From Euglena gracilis (taxonomy: Eukaryota): DNA of 64,000 bases. The position numbers were made by a program, and so were the translations under genes. Of this stretch, positions 1 through 12,400 are shown in pieces. The notes under the pieces were generated by a model. The model saw only the letters and a program-made list of their open reading frames with translations, had not been told where the DNA came from and searched no databases. The stretch covers positions 10,001,521 through 10,065,520 of the forward strand of contig CP154954.1 of the NCBI GenBank assembly GCA_039621445.1, written 5' to 3'. Each line of letters begins with the position of its first letter. Position 1 is the first letter of the stretch.

Positions 1-592
1 AGAACTTGTTGTCCTCAAACTTGAAAACTTGAAAGATAAGGCCCCAGTGGCCACAGTGGCCACAGCAAATGCCAAAACCAGCTTCAGCCAAAACTGCTCT
101 GCACGAAGTCGAGATTCCCCAGCAGCTGACGACTGTCGACAGCAGGTAGGATCGTAGTACTCCTCTTGCTACCAATGAAGCTTTTCTCCTTGAACTGGAA
201 CTTCTCCAAACAACTTGATAGTTCCAAACTTGAAATGTCCTACCTCTTGTTATAATCGTGTCCAAGACACAGCCACAGGCAAAGCACGTAATGTGCACTG
301 CCAAACAACGAGAAAACCAAAACTGTGAAGAGGAGGTGAGAGGAATGTACAATTACAGTAGCGAAACTGTCCGCGAAGCAGTTGATAGTGAATTCCTGAG
401 CAGCAGGGAGCTGCCAGGAAGGAGACATCGCAAAGCGACGCCTGGGTAAGAGGAAAGTGATCTGTGCACTGGTAAATCAGGCTACGGCGTTACATGGGTC
501 TTTTTGCATTTTTTTGGCAGATTTGTGATTCCTTGGCCTCTATATCAAGAACTGTGTTGCTAACCCAACCTCTTTCCTGAGGCCTGGGTTGC

Positions 593-1273
593 TTGGATCA
601 GGCCCAAAATCCAGCACGTCCACCCCCGGCAGACACTGTATTGTTTGGCGACACGTTTGCCGAACAAGCGGGACTCCCAACGGGAACGGAAAAGAACCAA
701 AAACTTTCCTTCCATGCGGCGATGGATTTTGCCAAAGTTCTGGCCCATCAAAATTGCGTTTTGTCCAATTTGGATGATTGGATGACCGCCTTTGCAAAAT
801 GGACTTTGTCTGTGGGCTGCCTTTTTGATGATGTCACTCAAAGAGATGTTGCCTTGGCGCAACGAAAAGATCTATGTGCCGCTGCTGGTGTTCCTGTTCG
901 ATATTGGAGTCCCCCAACACTGAAGACCAACGTGAATGCGTTGGCCCTCATGTACAAGCAAACAGGTCCGGCGTCTGGCATCGTCCCGAGTGCACAATTT
1001 CAGTTTCCGAATTTTTGTCGGTTTTTAAACGCAGCCTATGACCGTGCTCGGACAACTTCGGCCACCAAAGAGTCAGTCGCAGTGCTGACGGACGAAGAAA
1101 TGGTCACATTGCATGACAAAACAAATTTTCAGTCATGCTACGAGTTGCAACGCATGAGCTTGCTTCTCATCGCCTTCCAACTTGGCTACCGGCCCGATTC
1201 CTTAATTGACCTCCGTGTCCGCAATTTTCAACTACAGACACAGGACGTGTTGTGTTTGCTACTGCAATCTTAG
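593..1273 (+). pseudogene. Tyrosine-recombinase-like (Crypton-type) coding fragment: N-terminal region plus catalytic Arg box
   Basis: ORF ends ...YELQRMSLLLIAFQLGYRPDSLIDLRVRNF, a YR box-I-like LG-x-R motif. It aligns by eye with 43231-44270 (ADTVLF..LPxGxxKNQK; CxxAGVP..WxPxTLxTxVxxLAxMxK; QFPxFxRF; LGQRSESM). The downstream part is disrupted by repeats. Confidence 0.6.
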
Positions 1274-2329
1274 CCTGCAATGTCTATGCATCATATTTCA
1301 GTATTCTTCAATGTCTTTTTTCGTTGGTATGACGGAGGCTGTGTTAGCAACCCATGCCTCAGGACAAAGGCTGTGTTATATAACACAGCCTTTGTCAAGC
1401 CCTGAGGCCTGCGTTACTAACACAGCCTCTGTCCTGAGTCCTGGTGCTGGTAACACGGCCTCAACCATTTTGGTCAAATTTTGGTCAATTTCATGGTCAC
1501 CTTGCTTGTATCTGGAGTTCTAATGAGGACAAACAACTAATTCCAAGAGGGACAAACAAACCATTTTCTTGGCAGGGAATTTCCTTATTGTTCAAAATCA
1601 GTGAATGCGTAAACTCGGTGGTTTACATCTGCCAAGGGAGAAGGAACCTCATCGCGATTAAAACGGATTTTTTCCGACGAGTTAAATACCATACCGACTC
1701 CCCAGTATTTTGGTGTCCTAATTCCTAACTTTGAGTGACAAACACTACCATGCAGCATTGGGTATCTTTCGAAAGATTGGTGGAATATGTTGCCTTTCAG
1801 AACATTTCAGAAATATTTCAGAAATATTTCGAAAAAAGAAAAATATTTCCTTCAGTTTTTGCAACGATGAAGGATCCACCAGGACCTGGGGACCTTGGAA
1901 GATCAGCTAGCGGGAAAGGTTAAGCAAGGAAAATTTTTTTTGCAAGAGGCCAGAAACGGAATCAAACCAACGAGGTTTTGAATCAAAACGGAATTAAACC
2001 GCGCGCTTTTAATGCCCTTTTATTAACTAACTGCCTTGCACTTTTAAACGCCCCTCTGTAGGCAATTGCTCCTCAAAATTAGGAATGTTTTCATTAAGGA
2101 ATTTGCCAATCAATATTTGGCATTGGCACACCAGATTTGGGATTAGGCATTGCTGCACAAAATAAGATCAACAACATGAGCTGGTTTCCGTCACGCCGTC
2201 GGCCAGCCCTCTGCTCCCCCTTTCATGTTTTAGGCCTTGAAATAGAAACAAAATAAAAAGAAGGAACACTGATATTGGTTCCTCATGCTGAAATTCACCC
2301 CAAAATCACTTGTTGATGTGAGGTATTTT

Positions 2330-2545
2330 GAGATTTTGGGGCCCTTAGACAGTTGAGCTACAAAATATTTGCCCCCCCCAAAACGATTTGGTAACACAAG
2401 GGATTTTGTTATTTTGGGGCCCTCGAACAGTTTGGCAATAAATGGGATTTGCCCCCCAAAACGCTTTGGTAACACAAGGTATTTTGTTAATTTGGGTCCT
2501 CGAACAGGTTGAGCAACAAAAAGGGATTTTGTCATTTGGGGGGTG
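2330..2545 (-). repeat. About 2-3 diverged copies of the 78-bp satellite unit
   Basis: Reverse complement of the 53665-61006 unit (gccccccaaaacg..ggtaacacaagggattttgttattttggggccctcgaacag), next to a CCCTAGGGTCG-rich block like 61010-61330. Confidence 0.8.
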
Positions 2546-2895
2546 GTTGATATCGGCCTGGGGGGGGGGGCAGTGGGCCGACCCCAGGGTCGGCCCAACA
2601 TGACCCTAGGGTCGCTAGGGGCGGCCCACCCCACGACCTCGACCCCCCTCCAAATCCATGGGTCGGCCCACCACAGATCTTGGGGGGGGGTCGACCTTGG
2701 CGACTTTAGCAACCATAACGACCCCAGGGTCGTAGTGGCAAACCCTAGGGTTGGCACACTACCCCCCCAGGCTAGATCCGGGAGCCCTCTCTCACACTGT
2801 ATGCTTTTTTTTCTTGGCGTCTGGTCAATGGAGAGTATCCTTGGCACATGGGGATGAAGAAAGAAAAGCGAAGGGGTATGGGACACTATTGAGCG

Positions 2896-3267
2896 CATGG
2901 ATGGTGCATTTTTTAAAAAAAAACAACATCTTTTTTTTTTATTTAAAAAAACACCTAAAAACATCATCAAAAGAAACAAAAGGAAAATTTCATTGAAAAC
3001 CTCATTATGAAACACCCAAACCCCACTTCGAATCCTGCTAAAATTCAAATGCTGCAAAAAATGGACAAAAACTTCCAAAAAATGCAAAAAAATGCATTTT
3101 AGGACTTTTTTCGCAGGAATGGCGTGGAAGCTGCCAAAAATGATTGAAAACATGTGTTCAAATTTTTTTCGGTGCAAAACCTGGTGGGTGTCTTTTTTAA
3201 AAAAAAATGTGAAAATTTAAATAAACAAAAAACAGCGTCCAAAAAAAACAACAAGTTGCCAACTATG
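2896..3267 (-). mobile_element. hAT-like MITE, older copy of 39296-39704
   Basis: Ends in GTTGCCAACTATG (reverse complement of CATAGTTGGCAAC); internal similarity to 39296-39704; degenerate 8-bp flanks attgagcg/attaagag. Confidence 0.6.
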
Positions 3268-4007
3268 ATTAAGAGGGGGACACCATCGGGTGGGGGGTAC
3301 CTTGTTTGGCAACGGCACAAACACTGTGCGTAAGATTGGTACGACTAGTCAACTATTGATTATTTGTTCGTCCAACCATCATGTCGATAAAGGTTCACGG
3401 AGGGGATCCAGAATTGACATGTGGCGGTTGCCTGCCATCGCGGCGAAATGTGAGATTAAGATTGATTTTCTCAGTAAGACTTGCCAGGTTGAATTAAGGC
3501 TTGCCTTTTTGGGTTTGTTTTGACACACAGATCGAAGGGAAAAAATAGCCGATTATTCGTTCAAATACCCCCCCCCCCTTATTATCCCACCGACCTCCCC
3601 CCGGAAGGCCCGACCGGACAATAAGGGGAGGGGACAATAAGACCGTACCAAAAGAAATGTTCCCAAACGCGGGACACTTCTTCTTCCGGCAACGAAAAAG
3701 AAGCGATTAACCGGGGGGGTCACAAGCGATTAACCGTTTTTTGATTAACCATGGTTAATTGTACCCCCCCCCCCCAAACGAACGATTAACTGGGGGGTCA
3801 TAACCGATTAACCGTTTTTCGATTAACCATCCAACCTTGCCGTCCCCAGCCGTCCACTAGCCGTTTTTGGGACATTTTGGGGTCAAAAAGTCGAAAATTT
3901 GAAGCAGGCTTGTGCTTAGTCGGGTGCCTGCCCCACGGGGGGGTGCTAGGTGAGGAATTTATCACAACCCTGCCTCCCGAAGTCCAAATGGATGTGATGA
4001 TGAATGT

Positions 4008-4358
4008 GTGTATCGCCGAGTTACAGGGGCGAAGCAATTTCTGCCCAGCGACTACACCACCCGGGTGAACAACTTCAAAGCCTTGCTGCGTTCCATGTAC
4101 CTGGAGAAACGGTACACCGTGTTCATATGCGGGGAGTTTGAGGAAGTGACCCCCATGACAACGGCCCGCAAAAACTCCCGCAAAGTTACCATCAGAACAA
4201 CGGGGAAATACAAAAATATGTTGACGGTGTATCTTCTATCCAGTTCCGTACATTTGGATGAAGGCACCAAAATGATTAGGTGCCTCTGCTGTGGAATTTC
4301 GTTCCACAGTGGCTGCATGGCTGTGAGTTCTTTCGGTCAGTGCAGCTTCTGCCCTTAG
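4008..4358 (+). pseudogene. PHD-finger-like coding fragment, possibly the C-terminal exon of the 593-1273 YR locus
   Basis: C-terminal RCLCCGISFHSGC..QCSFCP matches the second half of a C4HC3 PHD finger; same order as YR to PHD at 43231-45030. Confidence 0.4.
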
Positions 4359-4644
4359 GCCACCATGACCTGGCGTGTGGTTTTTGCTGCCCCCTGTCTT
4401 ATTGTCCCTACCGTACCCCCTTATTGCCCCCCCCCTTATTGTTTGTTTGGGGTCCCAGTGGGAAGGTGGTTGGTACAATAAGGGGGGGGGGTACTTGTTC
4501 ATTTCTGGAAATAACCGAAAAACGGAACGACGGGCGAACACGACGGGCGAAAAAAGAGGTTCTTTCAAAAGAAAATCGGCGCTTTCGGCGCCATACCCCC
4601 CCCCCTCTCTGGGAAGTGAACATGTCCAGTTTAGTTCGGAAGTG

Positions 4645-5905
4645 AACTGCCGTGTGTTCCGTTGCATGCCATCCGTGGCAGACGGTGACGTCCAGCGCCG
4701 TCGGTCTCCCTTCGGACCAAAAGTCCAGGAGGAGGTCCGCTGGGCGAAGGTGGCTATCCCGGGCTGTTGGCAGGCAAACCTCCTTCTGCACCCGCTGCCC
4801 GCTGTTGGACAAGGTTTGAAATAGCGCGTCCTGAACAGCGTTGTGGCGGGTTGCGAAGTTATTCCTGCGGCAGCAAAGGAGGTGGTCACCTTCCTTGTCG
4901 AGGGGCTGGTTGCATCCCGTGCATGGCTGGCTGACGTCATTCAGCACCAGGAGACCCAGCCACCACTTCAGCCCCAAGGTATACTCCTCGCTGGAGAAGG
5001 TGGTGTGAGAGTTGTTGGAGGGAGTTGCCGCCATCCAGCCGTGTCCGAATCCCGTGGCCTGTTCAAGGAGGCGGTTCTGGTCCCGGGGCCGAGCTTGGTC
5101 CACCAGGTCATCCATCGTCTTCTTGACCAGCTCATGATTCCACCACTTTTGTTTCCGAGGCTCTGAGTCCACGGAGACAATTCGTTGTGGGTTGTTGAGG
5201 AAAGTGGTGACGGTGGCGTGGTTCGCTCCTAGCCTGCCCCTGAGGTCGTCCAAAACGGGCGTGATGAGGGAGAGCTGTGGTGAGGTGGCGTAGCCGGGTA
5301 CACCCACTCGTCGTGCCCCGTCCGAGTAGAAATCTGCAAGGCCGGAGATCCTCGCCGCCGGCTGTGTGAAGGTTGGGATGCGGAGGCCACATCCGCCGCT
5401 TGACAAAGGCAGGGAAGCCTGTGTCCGCTGTTGTGTGTTCAGCGCCGTGCCCAGTACGTCCTCAAAGGCGTTCATAATTACCTCAGAGCAGCTCCTCACC
5501 CGGTCCTGGCTGCCATATGAGTTGGATGCTCGCAGGAGGTGGTTCACCTTGCAGCCATCCAGACCGCTCCGGAGCAAATGATGCGCTACCTGAGCGTCGG
5601 TAAGGGACGTAATGGTGGATGAGGCCTTCTCAATCTTGGCGGCGGCTTCCTCCCACGCTGTCGGTGTGGTGTTTGTGGACGCTGGGTGATCCACTGGGAC
5701 GCCCAGGACGGTGATGCCTTCCCCTGGGGTCCAGGGAACCACTTGCATCCTGTTGCAGCTTGGCGTACTCCTGGCTCCCGGGCCCCACATGACGCACTTC
5801 TGCAGGTTGAGGCCGAGCCCCACACGATGGGATTCTTGCAACAAGAAACGTAGGCAGTGTTCAATCCGGTCAGGTGTCCCGACCAGCAGGCCGTCGTCCA
5901 GGTAC
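4645..5905 (-). mobile_element. 3' part of RLE non-LTR retrotransposon A (RT C-terminus, CCHC knuckle, restriction-like endonuclease), truncated near 4645
   Basis: ORF 4408..6006(-): YLDDG, GLGLNLQKC, QASLPLSSGGCGL, CTGCNQPLDKEGDHLLCC, RHNAVQD, RPADLLL..ALDVTV. Joins in frame with 26669+ once the LTR element is removed. Confidence 0.92.
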
Positions 5906-6447
5906 TGTTGGCGCAATGGGTCCGCCAAGGAGTTGGTAGGAACAGCCAAATAGCGCAACCCACAGCGGAACAAATTAGAACCCAATCCAAAGGTTTGATG
6001 AAACAAAAATCTTTCTCTTATCCACAGGGTCCTTCTGTTTTCTTTCTACCACTCTTATCCCTTCTACTACCATCACCACAACTTGTACTTCACATTGGTG
6101 TTCCCAATTGTATCAAAGTCATTCATTTTGCTGCATTTGATTCAAGACTTCTTCCCAAGGGTTTCCAAAGGGAATCATTGAATCTTTCCCAAGTATTTTT
6201 TCACCCATTGTCCAGGTTTGTTCTTTTTTTCCAAATCAAAGTCCCTCAATTTTCTCTTGCAAACTGTTTGGTGTGAGATAGGACCTGAGCTCATCCTAGT
6301 CCGCACAAGGAAACAAACTTTTGCACCAAAGGGAAAATGCCAGGGGGGAATTCAAAAGTGGATCCTACGCTTCCGGAAAAGGGCAAAACCCAAATCCGGG
6401 ACCCTGTCTCCTCCCCGGCACCAGGACACGGGGGGGAAGGGGAAACA
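5906..6447 (+). repeat. 5' LTR (542 bp)
   Basis: Starts TGTTGGCG, ends GGAAACA; near-identical to 26127-26668 (about 6 substitutions seen by eye). Confidence 0.96.
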
Positions 6448-8199
6448 TGGCTAGCAGAGGTTGTTTCTTTGGAGAATAATTCAGAAAGGGTGAATCAGTT
6501 TTTCCCAGAAGAGGGGGGGGAGGATGCCACATTGCTTTTGCAACCCCCACCAACCAAAAATGGCCTTCAAGTTGCAATGAGGCCGGAAATGGGGTTGGTG
6601 GAGGTTGGAGGGGAAGAACCCGAAAATGCATCATTTACCACTCTACAGGCAGGTGGAGACCCTTCAAGTCCAAAATTAAGCTTACAGCTCCATTTTGATA
6701 CCTTAATCCCATCTGCTTTGTGGGAACAATTCATTTCCCAAAATGTGGCAAGGTCTTCCACCCCCCCTCAAAGGCAAGAGGACGTTCAAATGACACAACA
6801 CAACACCCCCCTCATGATTGAGGACCAAATGGCACCAATGGAATACACCTCAGATGAAGGGGAGGAGGATTTGAAGGACCAGAGGTTGGCCCCCTCCACG
6901 GAAAGAAAACACACTTTGAGTGAAACCTCTTCCGAATCAACAAATCCACACAAAAAATTGGCATGTGAGCCGGAAAATGTGGAAAATTCTTCCCAGGACA
7001 CTCAGAAAACCGAGACTTTTGATAACCCCTTTTCAGGAATGGATGAAATGCCTATGGATGGGGAGGGGGAATTGGAACCCCCCACAGAATTTTCTCGGGA
7101 ACAATGGGACAGTTGGGCAAATGGAGTGGAATCAAGGTTGGGAGGCATTTCTTTATGGATCAGTGACCTGTCGGACCACGTACAACAAAATTTGCAAGAT
7201 TTGAAAAGAAATCAGGGGGCGGATCATGAAAGGTTTGAGGCCACCCTATTGGAATTTCGAAAGGAAGCAGAAAAAAGAATGGAGGGTTCAAGTTCGGCTT
7301 TGGAGGAATTGCGCAAGAATTTCATTGGTGAGGCAAATGATTTTGTGTCCAAAATTATGAGGGACCTCAAGGGAAATGTTATTAACGTCCAAGAGGAGAC
7401 CCTGAAACGGTTTTCGGGAATGGCCACCTTGGACGATGCACATATGAAACAATTGTGTTGTGAATTACAATTGAAAACAAAGGAAAGAGTTGATTTTGCG
7501 GTTGGGACACATTTTGAAAAGTTTCGGCAGGAGTTGGCCTCAAAGTTTCAGGATGTTTTGAAGGTGTGTGGCACACAAAAGAGGGAAATCCAAGAATTAC
7601 AAAAATTTGTTGGGGTGGTTGTTCCCAAAGTTGAATCAATGGAAAATGAAGCACGTGAGTTGAAAAGGGAGTTTCAGGTCCTTTCGGGTTATGTTCAGAA
7701 AACCCTGAGTGTTGTGGAGTCTTTGGACCAGAAACAAAAGCAGGGATTTCAAGATCCACGGGTGGATGTTTTGGCGCAACAAATACACAACTTTCACACA
7801 TCATCTCAAAAATGTGATCAGTTGGAGAATTCTTTTTTACAAATAATGCAAGGCTTCTCTTGCTTGGAAAGGAACATTTTGGCCGTTTCTGAAGGAAGAA
7901 CAAGGGATGTGCAAAATTTACAATCAAATGTTGGTGAAGAAATGAGAACAATGAAGGAGAAGTTTTTTCAATTACAAGAAACCCAAAACCAGCAAAAGGG
8001 GAAGAAAGGGGGGGAGAGCCCCCCCAGTAAATCGGTGTTGGAAGACTTGGAACCCATGATCAAAAGGGCCATGAAAAGTGTACTGGGGGACGGGAAAGAA
8101 ATTGTACCCCAAGCCCCCCAAAACACACCCCGTTTTGAAACATCATCTGTGTCATCAAATGCGAATATTTCACAAACAGTGGAGGTTGGTGAAGATTGA
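6337..8199 (+). CDS. gag: Gag N-terminal portion: acidic linker plus long coiled coil (true start probably downstream of the PBS)
   Basis: 620-aa ORF between 5' LTR and pol; heptad-like E/K/L/Q-rich region; continues in another frame at 8196. Confidence 0.7.
   Translation: MPGGNSKVDPTLPEKGKTQIRDPVSSPAPGHGGEGETWLAEVVSLENNSERVNQFFPEEGGEDATLLLQPPPTKNGLQVAMRPEMGLVEVGGEEPENASFTTLQAGGDPSSPKLSLQLHFDTLIPSALWEQFISQNVARSSTPPQRQEDVQMTQHNTPLMIEDQMAPMEYTSDEGEEDLKDQRLAPSTERKHTLSETSSESTNPHKKLACEPENVENSSQDTQKTETFDNPFSGMDEMPMDGEGELEPPTEFSREQWDSWANGVESRLGGISLWISDLSDHVQQNLQDLKRNQGADHERFEATLLEFRKEAEKRMEGSSSALEELRKNFIGEANDFVSKIMRDLKGNVINVQEETLKRFSGMATLDDAHMKQLCCELQLKTKERVDFAVGTHFEKFRQELASKFQDVLKVCGTQKREIQELQKFVGVVVPKVESMENEARELKREFQVLSGYVQKTLSVVESLDQKQKQGFQDPRVDVLAQQIHNFHTSSQKCDQLENSFLQIMQGFSCLERNILAVSEGRTRDVQNLQSNVGEEMRTMKEKFFQLQETQNQQKGKKGGESPPSKSVLEDLEPMIKRAMKSVLGDGKEIVPQAPQNTPRFETSSVSSNANISQTVEVGED
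6448..6467 (+). promoter_or_regulatory. Primer binding site, resembling the complement of the initiator tRNA-Met 3' end
   Basis: TGGCTAGCAGAGGTTGTTTC directly after the LTR; resembles the TGGTAGCAGAG iMet-type PBS with one extra base. Confidence 0.7.
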
Positions 8200-9373
8200 T
8201 TCCCCTTGATGGAAACCCATTGTTCCCTTTGGGGGGTGGTGCCATACCGGTCATAAATCCCCCCATCGGATCAGTAAATTGTGCACACATACGACCCGTG
8301 GGTTTACGAGCGAATCCCTCAGCCCCAGCACCCAACGTACCATTTGCTGGTCATCTTATGGTGAGTCCCATACAATCTATTTTGGCGGGGGGGCTCCAAA
8401 TTCCTCATTTCAAAGGTGTGAAAATAGAGTGGCAACAATATGAAAGGGATTTGGAGGCAATGTTTGCAACTGCTACAAGCATAAATGGGACCCCCCTCAC
8501 CGATGCACAAAAGCTTTCCTTGTTGGATCTTACATTGGATCCTATTTCCAAAAAGAAGTTAAGGCTGATGAGAAGTCAAGGACAATCAGTAACGTTTGCA
8601 TCATTTTGGGCGGGAATGAAAATTGAGTTTGAGTCATCGAGCACCAACTTCGCCCGAGCAAAATGGGAGGGGGTGGTTTGCAAAAACCTTGGGAATGTGT
8701 CTTTTGAGGATTGGAGGGAGTTCGAAACTGAATTTTTGTCAGCTCTGAATCACCCTTCTTGATGGTGTATTGCTTTCCTTTTCTTTGAAATCCCCTTTGA
8801 TCATTAGTGAAATTTGGTTGTCCCACCTTCCCCCATGTGTTTGAAAGTTTCTTTGCTTGAATTTTCAAGCGAATAAATTCCAGCACCTCCCGGGTGAGCA
8901 TGTGCCTTTCCAAAATTCTCGCCTCAATTACCCTCCTGGATTCGGCAGTGACTTGTTTGTCCAAACATGTCAGAATTTGGGCTTCTATCAAATTTTAAAC
9001 TTGGATATGATATGTCTCGGGTGCAATTTTTTCAACACGTGAGGGGGTGAAAGCTCCCTTGGTGAATCTTCTTATGGCCAATTTGGCTTCTTCTGGGGTG
9101 AAATCTCCAATATTGCAAATGTATACCAACGGTTTGGAATCAAAACGTTTCATATCATTCTGAAAAATTTCATCCCTGAAACGGTGGGGGAGTTTGAGCA
9201 CCAGCAGTTTGTATGCCTCCTCCTCTGTGGCATCATGGACGTCTGCCAACCTTGGGAAAGGTAAAGGATATGCCCCTAAGGGTGGAAAATCCCAGGGCAA
9301 GGGTGCTGTGAACCCCCCAATACAGGTGCGTCAAGTTTCACAATCAAGCCAAGAAGCTACGTCCCTTCAGTAG
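8196..9373 (+). pseudogene. gag: Gag capsid-like/C-terminal region with an internal inversion (about 8745-9249)
   Basis: IPHFKG..W..YERDLE..LTDAQKLSLL capsid-like text on +; continues on - (LADVHDATEEEAYKLLVLKLPHRFRDEI); resumes on + as GKGKGYAPKGGKSQGKG...SLQ-TAG. Confidence 0.7.
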
Positions 9374-9437
9374 GGCTGCCAACGCCTTGGGAAGGGGTCG
9401 GTCCCAAGGCGTGGCGCCTATTCTATTCATGCCCCCC
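9371..9437 (+). promoter_or_regulatory. Candidate gag-pol stop-codon readthrough signal (UAG + 8-nt spacer + stem/pseudoknot)
   Basis: TAG 9371-9373 is in frame with pol; 11-bp stem ACGCCTTGGGA(9382-9392)/TCCCAAGGCGT(9402-9412); loop GGGG could pair with the C run at 9432-9437. Confidence 0.65.
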
Positions 9438-9442
9438 AACGA

Positions 9443-12400
9443 TTGGCAATGTTGGACCTGTTTTCTGGGTCGGGTGTTGTTGGTGATTGTTTTCGAAAAC
9501 ACAACTTCTATGTTGTGAGTCTAGATTTGGATCCCAAAACAAACCCAACCATTTTGGTCGACATTTTGCAATGGAATTATAAGCAATGGAATCCTCATTC
9601 TTTTTATGTCATCACCGCGTCATGCCCCTGTGAGGCATATAGCACGGCGCGTTCTATTTTGCCAAGGGATTTTGAATTCGCCGATGCTATTGTTTTGCAA
9701 ACCCTCAAAATTATTCAATGGTTCGATCCTAATTTTTGGTGGATTGAGAATCCAAGGAGGGGTTTCCTGAGAACGAGACCTTTTATGGAAAATATCCCCT
9801 ATGTCGATTTTGACTATTGCCAATTTTCATCATGGGGATACCAAAAACCAACCCGATTCTGGATTTCAGAGTCTTTCAAAGGAATGCCAGAAAGGTTATG
9901 TAACTTTTTGACCTGCGAAAACTTGCTCCTGGGCACCAAAGGACACAAAGTGAGACTGGGGGGTCCAAAAGGTACCGTTTCACAAAAAATGAAAGGTCGA
10001 ATCCCCCATGCGTTGATTGAGTGCCTCATCAACTGGGCGATTCAGACCGATTCTTTGGTTGCTGAAACAAGTGGTTTAACGTTTGACCATGCAAATAATT
10101 CTGCTACCCAATCTGCTAACACATCACACTCAAAACCTACCCCCACTCCCCGAAGAAAAGAGGTGCGTTTCACAATGCCTACCGAAGATGGAGAAATGGA
10201 AAGTCAGGCATCACAAGTTGTGGACCATTTACCTTTTGCAGAATTGACACAAGAAGAGCTCAGGGAGTGGGTTGGTGAATCAAACTCATCCCCCCCAAGT
10301 TTTTTAATGGGTGAGAATGAGTCCGTTTCTATTTACATTCCAAACAGAATGATTGGAGAAAGACATGCTTTTGCCGTTGGAAAATGCAATTTTGTGCACC
10401 AGGAGGATGTTTGGCAATTGTTATTGAGGGTGCAGGTGGGCCTCCCAAACGGAGAACAAAAATGTTTCAGAATTCTTGTTGACACGGGGGCAGAAGTGAA
10501 TTTGGTGAAAAAATCACTCATTTCTCAGCATTCTTTCAGAATGTCCTCACGACCTTTGAAGTTAATAGTGGCTTCGGGACAGGAAATGGAGGGTGGAAAA
10601 AGGGAGGTGGAACTTTCATTGTTTTTCGACCAATTTGAGAATGGAATGCCAGTGGTCGAAATTTTTGAAGCAAAAGGAATTTTCTATGAGGCAAGAATCG
10701 ATGTGGATGCCATTATTTCTTTCAAATGGTTGTATGAACACCAGTTGGGTGTTTTCCCTCACTTACACGCCTTGGCACGAAATGGGGATCATCTCACACT
10801 TTTGAGGGGTGTGAACAAACGGCACCGGTCATTTCACCCTTCACACTTAAGACTGAATGACAAGGGGAAGAGGGGGAGGCAAGGAAAAGACAATGATGCT
10901 CTTGTAACGGAGGGGAGTTTTGATTACACCTTCCAGCAAATGACAAATTGGGGTTTTTGTCTTCCCCCGGAGGTGTTTGAAGTGGAACCCCAATATCTTA
11001 CACGGAAAGAAATTTGTTACATTGCACAAAGATTGTCAGGGGAGGTGGGGGTGAGCACACACGTGGATGGATACATTTGTACTCCTGAAGGTGCCAGGAT
11101 TGTCAATGAGAGGGTGGAGAAGTTGCGTGCCTCCATTATGAATGACTATGGGGATACGGTCCTAAACCCGGAAATCATTTTTGACCCCCCCGTGAGAGGT
11201 CCCTTTGGGTATGCTTATATTCCGTTGAAACCCGATGCAAAACCCGTTCGGCAAAAACCGTTTTCTTTACACGGGGAGCGACAAGAGGCTTACAGGAAAG
11301 TTGCCCAGGGTTGGTTGGACAAAAAATATGTAGAGTTTCCAGAAAGGGGAAAAGTGGAATGGCTTGTTCAAGGTTTTGTGGTTCCCAAGAAAAAACCAGG
11401 AGAATATAGAGGAATTGTCGACATGAGAGGCCCCAATAGCCAAACCCTCCGGGGACATTACGTGATGCCTTTAATATCCGATTTGCTCGTAAGGCAAGGG
11501 GCAAAACAAATTTTCTCCATTTTGGATTTGAGGGAGGCCTTCCACCAACAACCCTTACACCCCGAAAGTCGGCATATCACATGCACATACACACCTTTTG
11601 GGATTGTGCAGTGGAGAGTCAATGCAATGAGTTTAATGAATGCTTCGGGACAATTTCAGCAAATGATGAATGACCGTTTGAGATCTGTCCAACACATAGC
11701 GGACCCATACATAGACGATATTTTGGCGGGCACACGGATTGAAAAGGGGGGGTGGGAAGATTTGCTCACAAAACACGACAAAGAGTTAAGGGAAGTTTTG
11801 GATGTGATGAAAGATGACCGTTTTGGTTGTGATCCACGGAAATGTGAATTTTTTGTGGAGGAAGTTGAGTTTTGTGGACACAAATTAAGTAAGGGGACGA
11901 GAAAGCCCGCCCCTGGAAAATTAAGGGCTATTGAGAATTGGGAATTACCCCCCACCATTACAGCCATGAGAGCATTTCTCGGTTTCACAAATTATTACTC
12001 GGAATACGTGAAAAATTACGCAGAAATTGTGGCCCCCCTTCAGGAAAAGTTGAAAGTACCACGAGCTGAAGGAAAAAAGGGGAGCAAAAAACGGATTGAA
12101 TATTCAGAGGAGGACATCCGATGTTTTGGGGAAATCAAAAGAAAACTTTGTGAGAGTTTGATTCTTCAAAGGGTAAACCCCGATAAACCATTTGTTTTAA
12201 GGGTTGATTCAAGTGGACGAGCGGTAGGGGCGACCTTGGAACAAATGAAGGACATTGAAACTTGTCCCACCGAGGAGGAGGTTCGAAAAGGCAAAACCGT
12301 CCCCGTGGCTTTCCTTTCACGTAAATTAACCACCTCACAAAGAAATTGGATACCCCGGGAGGTGGAAACCTATGCTATCATTTTGGCGTTACAAAAATGG

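Noticed and set aside
9443-10040. Bacterial restriction-modification system or contaminant
   Set aside because: The MTase is fused in frame to retrotransposon Pol within LTRs; no cognate restriction gene; eukaryotic context
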